From a bacterium (GTDB taxonomy: Bacteria; UBA8248), in assembly GCA_965207065.1 (NCBI GenBank), contig OZ242260.1, positions 4,384,001 to 4,448,000 on the forward strand: a DNA stretch of 64,000 nucleotides, written 5' to 3'. Below are positions 59,314 through 64,000 of this stretch, in pieces (positions within the stretch are counted from its first letter, which is position 1; every line of letters starts with the position of its first letter). The translations under genes and the position numbers were made by a program. The notes beneath the pieces were generated by a model. That model was not told the origin of the DNA, searched no databases, and worked only from the letters and a program-made list of their open reading frames with translations.

Positions 59314-59502
59314 TTATTCCGCCATGCGCCTGAGCCCCGTGAGCGGCCGGATCCGGACCGTCCGCGAGGCGGGCTTCGCGGGCACGCCGATCTCCTCGCC
59401 GCTGAAGGGCAGGATCATCCGGCGCGCCTTTCTCGCCGGCTTTCGCGCGACTTCGATCTTCAAAAGGCCCGGAAGCGTGAAGAAGCCCACGGCGCGTCTT
59501 TT
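59314..59502 (-). pseudogene. 3' half of an HU-like gene (duplicate of 60614-60802)
   Basis: Near-identical DNA to 60614-60802, abutting a copy of the integrase-2 3' end. Confidence 0.75.
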
Positions 59503-59638
59503 AGTATCGCCGACGACATATTGGAGGATGGCTGGAGGCGGGCTCTCGGCTCAGAACACGCCCCGTAGCGGCGCGGGCCGTAAGCAGGTCTTATCGTGAC
59601 GACGCGCGACCGAACACACCGGCGCCTTCGGCCCCCGT

Positions 59639-59968
59639 TCAATCGCGGTCGTCATGCCCGGCGATGCCCGCGAGCTCGACCGGAGGGCGGTCGGGGAAGC
59701 GGGCGACGAGCGAGAGGCTTCCGCCCATCGCCTCGACCGTCCGGCGCAGCGTGGACAGCAGCAGGTCGCTGCGCTGCTCGAGCCGCGAAACCGCGTCCTG
59801 GCCGATGCCGAGCTCGCGCGCGACGCTCACCTGGGTGAGCCTGCGGGCCTCGCGCAACTCGCGCAGCGTCATCTCCTCGGCGATCAGTTCCGCCGCCCGC
59901 TCCTCGATCCTGCGCCGCCGCTCGGGGTCGAGTTCCGCCATCATGTCGTCAAGGCTCACGCTCATCAC
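59639..59968 (-). CDS. XRE-HTH antitoxin, copy 2
   Basis: Nearly identical to 51043-51369 except at the termini. Confidence 0.85.
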   Translation of the reverse strand: MMSVSLDDMMAELDPERRRRIEERAAELIAEEMTLRELREARRLTQVSVARELGIGQDAVSRLEQRSDLLLSTLRRTVEAMGGSLSLVARFPDRPPVELAGIAGHDDRD

Positions 59969-60330
59969 GATCCTCCTTCATCGGCGAGTCTGGCAAGGTG
60001 CCGGTCGAATCGTTCGTCGGCCTTGCGGATAAGCGCGCGGTAGAACCGCCGCCGGCTCCTGCCCGACTTCTCGCCCGCAACCAGCACGACGGCCTGCCTC
60101 GCGGTATCGAACGCGAAGGCGACCCGCCATGCGCCGTCCACTGCGCCGAACCGCATCTCCTTCATGTTCGCATGCCGCGATCCGTTCAGCGTATCCACCT
60201 GCGGCCTGCCCATTTGCGGCCCGAACTACTCGAGCAAGCGACCGATTGCGTAGACCTCATCCTGCACCTCGCCGGGCAGACTGCGAAACTCCGGCACGAA
60301 CTCCTCATGGAATGCGACCTGCCATTTCAT
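59965..60330 (-). pseudogene. RelE/ParE-like toxin, copy 2, with in-frame TAG
   Basis: MKWQVAFHEEF...RLLE*FGPQ; TAG at 60226-60228 where copy 1 has CAG. Confidence 0.75.
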
Positions 60331-60613
60331 GGTGATAGAATGGCGCTACCGGGATATGAAGTCAAGGACATATCCTCTCCTCGCTCCAAGTCGGCCCGCC
60401 GGGTTCGGTGAGAGACGCTGCCGAGCGCGTCGACCGCGCTTCGCGCCTGCGACGCGGGCCGGGATACCCGGTTTCCGAATCTTCCCCTTCCTCCCGAATG
60501 AAGGCGCCTGAACCCCGGGCGCCGCCCCGCACGGGAGCGGCCACCGCCATCGTCCGGACCTTGCCGGGAAGCGATGAGGGAGTACCGCCGCCCTCCGGCC
60601 GGGGATTCGCTCT

Positions 60614-60955
60614 CTATTCCGCCATGCGCCTGAGCCCCGTGAGCGGCCGGATCCGGACCGTCCGCGAGGCGGGCTTCGCGGGCACGCCGATCTCCTCGCC
60701 GCTGAAGGGCAGGATCATCCGGCGCGCCTTTCTCGCCGGCTTGCGCGTGACTTCGATCTTCAAAAGGCCCGGTAGCGTGAAGAAGCCCACAGCGCGTCTT
60801 TTGAGGTGACGCGCGATGAGAGTTCCGAGTTCATCGAGCACCAGGGCCACGTCTTTTTTGTGAAGCCCCGTCGAATCGGACAGCGCACCCACCAGTTCGG
60901 ATTTTTTCATCGCCGCCCGTAGCGCCGTTTCCTTTCGTTTCGCCTGTTTCGCCAT
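60614..60955 (-). CDS. HU/IHF-like DNA-binding protein
   Basis: MKKSELVGALSDSTGL.KKDV, FTLPGLLKI, PFSGEEI..PAKPA. Confidence 0.85.
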   Translation of the reverse strand: MAKQAKRKETALRAAMKKSELVGALSDSTGLHKKDVALVLDELGTLIARHLKRRAVGFFTLPGLLKIEVTRKPARKARRMILPFSGEEIGVPAKPASRTVRIRPLTGLRRMAE

Positions 60956-61286
60956 CCCGCGTCTCCTCTCGATGTTTTCGCCGGCTTCTCCCCGGAGGGT
61001 TCGTATCACGCGCCTACGAGCCGCGCCGCCGGACCCGTTGAATTTCTTTTTTTCGGTGAACGGATTCCACCGATCATACCCGGTTCCCCGGCGCCGGACA
61101 ACGCCGCCCGCGCCGGTCGAAACCGCCGAAACCTCCCCGATGAGGCCGTGCCGAGTCGCCGTTATCCCGCCGCCCGCCGGCGAGAGGTGGAGGCCGGGGA
61201 GAGAAGCCCGGGGCCGAGGGTGCGGGAGCGAGAGAGAGTCCGCCGCGCCCCTCCGCCATCGACCCACGACCCGGGAGGAAACACAC

Positions 61287-61625
61287 ATGAAGAATCGAAA
61301 ACCATCCGCTGCGGCGCACTTGATCGTCCTCGCAGGCCCCGCTCTCGCGCTGCTCTTCACCCTTATCGCCATAAGCGGCGGGAGGGGCGTCCGCTTCATC
61401 TCCGGCGCCTGGCTCCTCGCCGCGCTCTGGGTGTTCCTCACAGCGCTCTCGGGCGCCCTGTGGCAGGCATACCGCAGCGACCGGTCCGCCTACACCCTTC
61501 CCGAGAGGAACGAAGAGCAATTCGACTGGGAAACCCGGACGGGGCGTTACTCCTGGCGAAGGGATTACGAGGAAGGCGGGCTGTACGACGACGATTATCC
61601 CTTCGGTCACGGCCCCATCGCCTGA
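61287..61625 (+). CDS. Small hypothetical membrane protein
   Basis: GGAGGA RBS; two hydrophobic segments; acidic tail. Confidence 0.55.
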   Translation: MKNRKPSAAAHLIVLAGPALALLFTLIAISGGRGVRFISGAWLLAALWVFLTALSGALWQAYRSDRSAYTLPERNEEQFDWETRTGRYSWRRDYEEGGLYDDDYPFGHGPIA

Positions 61626-62012
61626 GTGCCGGGAGGCTTCGCTCTCTCCCGCTCACGCGGGCATGTGATCCATATTCCGGTGTCTCCCCCCAATTTTTCG
61701 TCGCGGCGTCCGGTCCTCTTCACGGACGCCCATATTACCCGAAATCAATCCGCGTGCAAGGAAATTTTGTAGCGGATTTCCTGCGCCTTGCCGCCGTACG
61801 CGCTCACGACCACCATCCCCCGCGCCGGGGTTTGACAAAAAAATACGCTAAGACAGGCGGCATCCCTCTTTTCCTCCACAGGCGCGCCCCGCCCCGCCGA
61901 GAGACAGAGCCGGGCCGGGAGGGGGCGGCGGAAGGGGTCCGGGAGGGAGGCTCTCCCTCTCCGGTCAGTACCGGTCGCCGCCATCATCCACCCATTCCAA
62001 GGAGGCCGCGCG

Positions 62013-62315
62013 ATGCGGAAACCAAAACCACCGGCAAACACCTTCCTCACCCATCTCCTGGGCCCTGGCCTGGCCGACGAGCGATACGAAGTAAAACGCT
62101 ATAAAGCCACGGGAGAGGGCGACATCAGGCCCGCGCCCTCTCCTGAGAGCGGGAAGCGCGGAAGAAAACGCGTGACGGCCTCGCGCCGTGTTGTAAGGGA
62201 GATGCGTCCCGCCCGGGACGAGCTCATCATTTGTACGGGGATCAAAATCCCCGGCAGCGGCCTGCAGCTGTGGGGCGAGCACCTCGTCTGGGGACGGATG
62301 ATGAGCCGGGGATGA
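62013..62315 (+). CDS. Hypothetical protein
   Basis: AAGGAGG RBS before the ATG; no recognisable domain. Confidence 0.35.
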   Translation: MRKPKPPANTFLTHLLGPGLADERYEVKRYKATGEGDIRPAPSPESGKRGRKRVTASRRVVREMRPARDELIICTGIKIPGSGLQLWGEHLVWGRMMSRG

Positions 62316-62350
62316 GCCCGCAAGACGTCTGGCCGTATGTGGACGACCCC

Positions 62351-62598
62351 GTAAATGCAAGCATGTCAGTTGAACGATTCGGGGTCCGTGGTCAGGCGCA
62401 GTCGTATGTCCGACCTCTTGGTGCGGCATATAACTTGCCGCGGGTCTGTATGGAGATGCGCGGATCGGGTCCTAATCGGCCCATCGAGCTCAAGAGCTCT
62501 CGGCCAGACCCTGGTTTTCCGATCCTGTCTCATTGACCATTTTCCCTTACCCGTCCTCCGACCTGCTCACATTCCCGGATAATCCAATTGTCCGCCGC
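62351..62598 (-). ncRNA. Putative bridge/seekRNA of the IS1111-type element
   Basis: Segments at 62501-62509 and 62477-62483 match the two flanks of the insertion site and bracket a hairpin. Confidence 0.7.
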
Positions 62599-63624
62599 TC
62601 AGGCGACCGGCGCCGGTTCCTGGTAGACTTCTTTCTTCGTCATCAGCGCCCAGGCGATGCGCGCCATTCGATTCGCCAGCGCCACCGCGACCAGCATCCG
62701 TGGCTTGCGCGCCAGCATCCGGGCCAGCCATGAACCCGCCGGCGCACCGCGCCGGACCGCGCTGCGCACCACCGCCATGGCCCCTATGATCAACAGCCGT
62801 CTGATGTCGCGCTGTCCCATCTTCGACACTTTGCCCAGTCGGGACTTGCCTCCGCTCGAGTGCTGTCTGGGCACGAGGCCGAGCCAGGCGGAGAAGTCCC
62901 GTCCGCGCTTGAAGCTTTCCAAAGGCGGCGCGAAGGCCAGTATCGCCGACGCGGTGATCGGGCCGATTCCCGGGATGCTCATCAGACGCCTCGCCTCCGC
63001 ATCCGCGTAAGCGCCCGCGTGGAGTTGCCTCTCCAACTCCCTGATCTTCTCGTTGAGTTCGGCAATTTGATCGAGCAGAACCCCGCCCAACTCGCGGACC
63101 ACCGCCGGCAACTCCGTAACCGGGTCTCCAAGAGCCGCCGCCAGGCGAGAGATATTCACCAGTCCCTGCGGAGCGATGACCCCGAACTCCGCGAAGTGAC
63201 CGCGCAACGCATTGGCAGTCTGCGTGCGCTGGCGAACCAGGAGATCGCGCGTGCGGAACATCATCCCCTGGGCCTGCTGCGCTTCGCTCTTCACCGCCAC
63301 GAAGCGCATGGTCGGGCGCGAGGCGGCCTCGCAGATCGCCTCCGCGTCCGCCGCGTCGTTCTTCTGACGCTTGAGGTAAGGCTTCACGTAGACCGGTGGC
63401 ATGAGCTTCACCTCGTGGCCGATCTTGCCGATCTCGCGGCCCCAGTAGTGCGCGCTCGCGCACGCCTCCATCGCAATCAGGCAACGCGGCTGCGAAGACA
63501 GAAAACCCGGTACTTTCCCCCGGCTCAGTTTCTTGCGAAACGCGACCGAACCGTCCGGACGCGCGCCATGGAGCTGAAAACCATGTTTCGCCAGGTCGAT
63601 GCCGATGATGTGAACCTGTTCCAT
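62599..63624 (-). CDS. IS110 family transposase/recombinase
   Basis: IGIDLAK, MEAC, KNDAADAEAI (DEDD RuvC-like), SIPGIGP, AWLGLVPRQHSSGG, VALANRMAR. Confidence 0.95.
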   Translation of the reverse strand: MEQVHIIGIDLAKHGFQLHGARPDGSVAFRKKLSRGKVPGFLSSQPRCLIAMEACASAHYWGREIGKIGHEVKLMPPVYVKPYLKRQKNDAADAEAICEAASRPTMRFVAVKSEAQQAQGMMFRTRDLLVRQRTQTANALRGHFAEFGVIAPQGLVNISRLAAALGDPVTELPAVVRELGGVLLDQIAELNEKIRELERQLHAGAYADAEARRLMSIPGIGPITASAILAFAPPLESFKRGRDFSAWLGLVPRQHSSGGKSRLGKVSKMGQRDIRRLLIIGAMAVVRSAVRRGAPAGSWLARMLARKPRMLVAVALANRMARIAWALMTKKEVYQEPAPVA

Positions 63625-63750
63625 GGGATACTCCTTCCAGGCGATTTAGAGACGCTACCTCGCCACAGTGTGATACCTGCCAGGAGGGGTCGTCCACCCC
63701 ATCGGCCCACTGCCGGCCGTACGACTTCACCGACACATGAGGAAAATCCC

Positions 63751-64000
63751 ATGCCTCACAAGGATCCGGAAACCAAGCGCAAGTACGAGCGCGAACACCA
63801 CAGGCGGAGGACGGCCGAACGCCGCGCGCGGGGGGCTTGTGTAAAGTGCGGTGAACATCCTCCTGCGCCCGAGAGAACTCTCTGCGAATCCTGCCTCGGA
63901 AAAGCCCGGGACGCCGAACGCGCCAGATACGCCAAAGCCCGGGAAGAGGGTTTCCCATATGGCGGGAGAGACCCCGAAAGCCGCCGCCGCATGGCGCGGG
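63751..64000 (+). CDS. Arg-rich hypothetical protein with two CxxC motifs (runs off the window end)
   Basis: Own translation: MPHKDPETKRKYEREHHRRRTAERRARGACVKCGEHPPAPERTLCESCLGK...; GAGG RBS. Confidence 0.6.
   Translation, partial: MPHKDPETKRKYEREHHRRRTAERRARGACVKCGEHPPAPERTLCESCLGKARDAERARYAKAREEGFPYGGRDPESRRRMAR

Larger units (their letters stand above)
62336..63702 (-). mobile_element. IS110-family, IS1111-type insertion sequence
   Basis: Sub-terminal 12-bp IRs GTGGACGACCCC (62339-62350) and GGGGTCGTCCAC (63686-63697); CG on both flanks; long non-coding region 3' of the transposase. Confidence 0.88.

Noticed and set aside
60226-60228. Programmed readthrough (pyrrolysine/recoding) of the toxin TAG
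   Set aside because: The paralog has CAG here, all other genes use TAG as stop, and no pyl genes are seen; a simple nonsense mutation is more likely

Overview
GC-rich bacterial chromosome segment; the host cannot be assigned from this window. 1-47.6 kb is mostly metabolic and housekeeping genes: a GT4 glycosyltransferase, methyltransferases, a catabolic cluster with three tandem beta-hydroxyacid dehydrogenases, MoeB/MoeZ, ino1, nth, tRNA-Arg(CCG), chrA, two CocE/NonD hydrolases, a TPP enzyme and a cobalamin uptake operon behind two tandem B12 riboswitches. Many REP-like palindromes and MITE-like elements are scattered through it. Most notable elements: (1) An AT-rich insert at ~8.7-10.8 kb with a promoter, a ~440 nt highly structured leader, a small ORF, an XRE-HTH gene and a retron-type reverse transcriptase with an atypical WVDD motif. 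The layout resembles a type VI retron, and the leader hides a strong-RBS 4-codon mini-ORF plus stems able to mask translation starts. (2) Three homologous structured non-coding units with compensatory base changes at 47.6-48.2 kb, directly upstream of two tandem tyrosine integrases; I do not recognise the RNA family. (3) A mosaic mobile island from 48.4 kb to the window end, with integrases, TA modules, an HU-like gene, ProU plus DcaP-porin cargo, and an IS1111-type IS110 element whose downstream non-coding region contains guide-like segments matching its own insertion site (bridge/seekRNA-like). All assignments come from motif reading by eye; no searches or folding programs were run.
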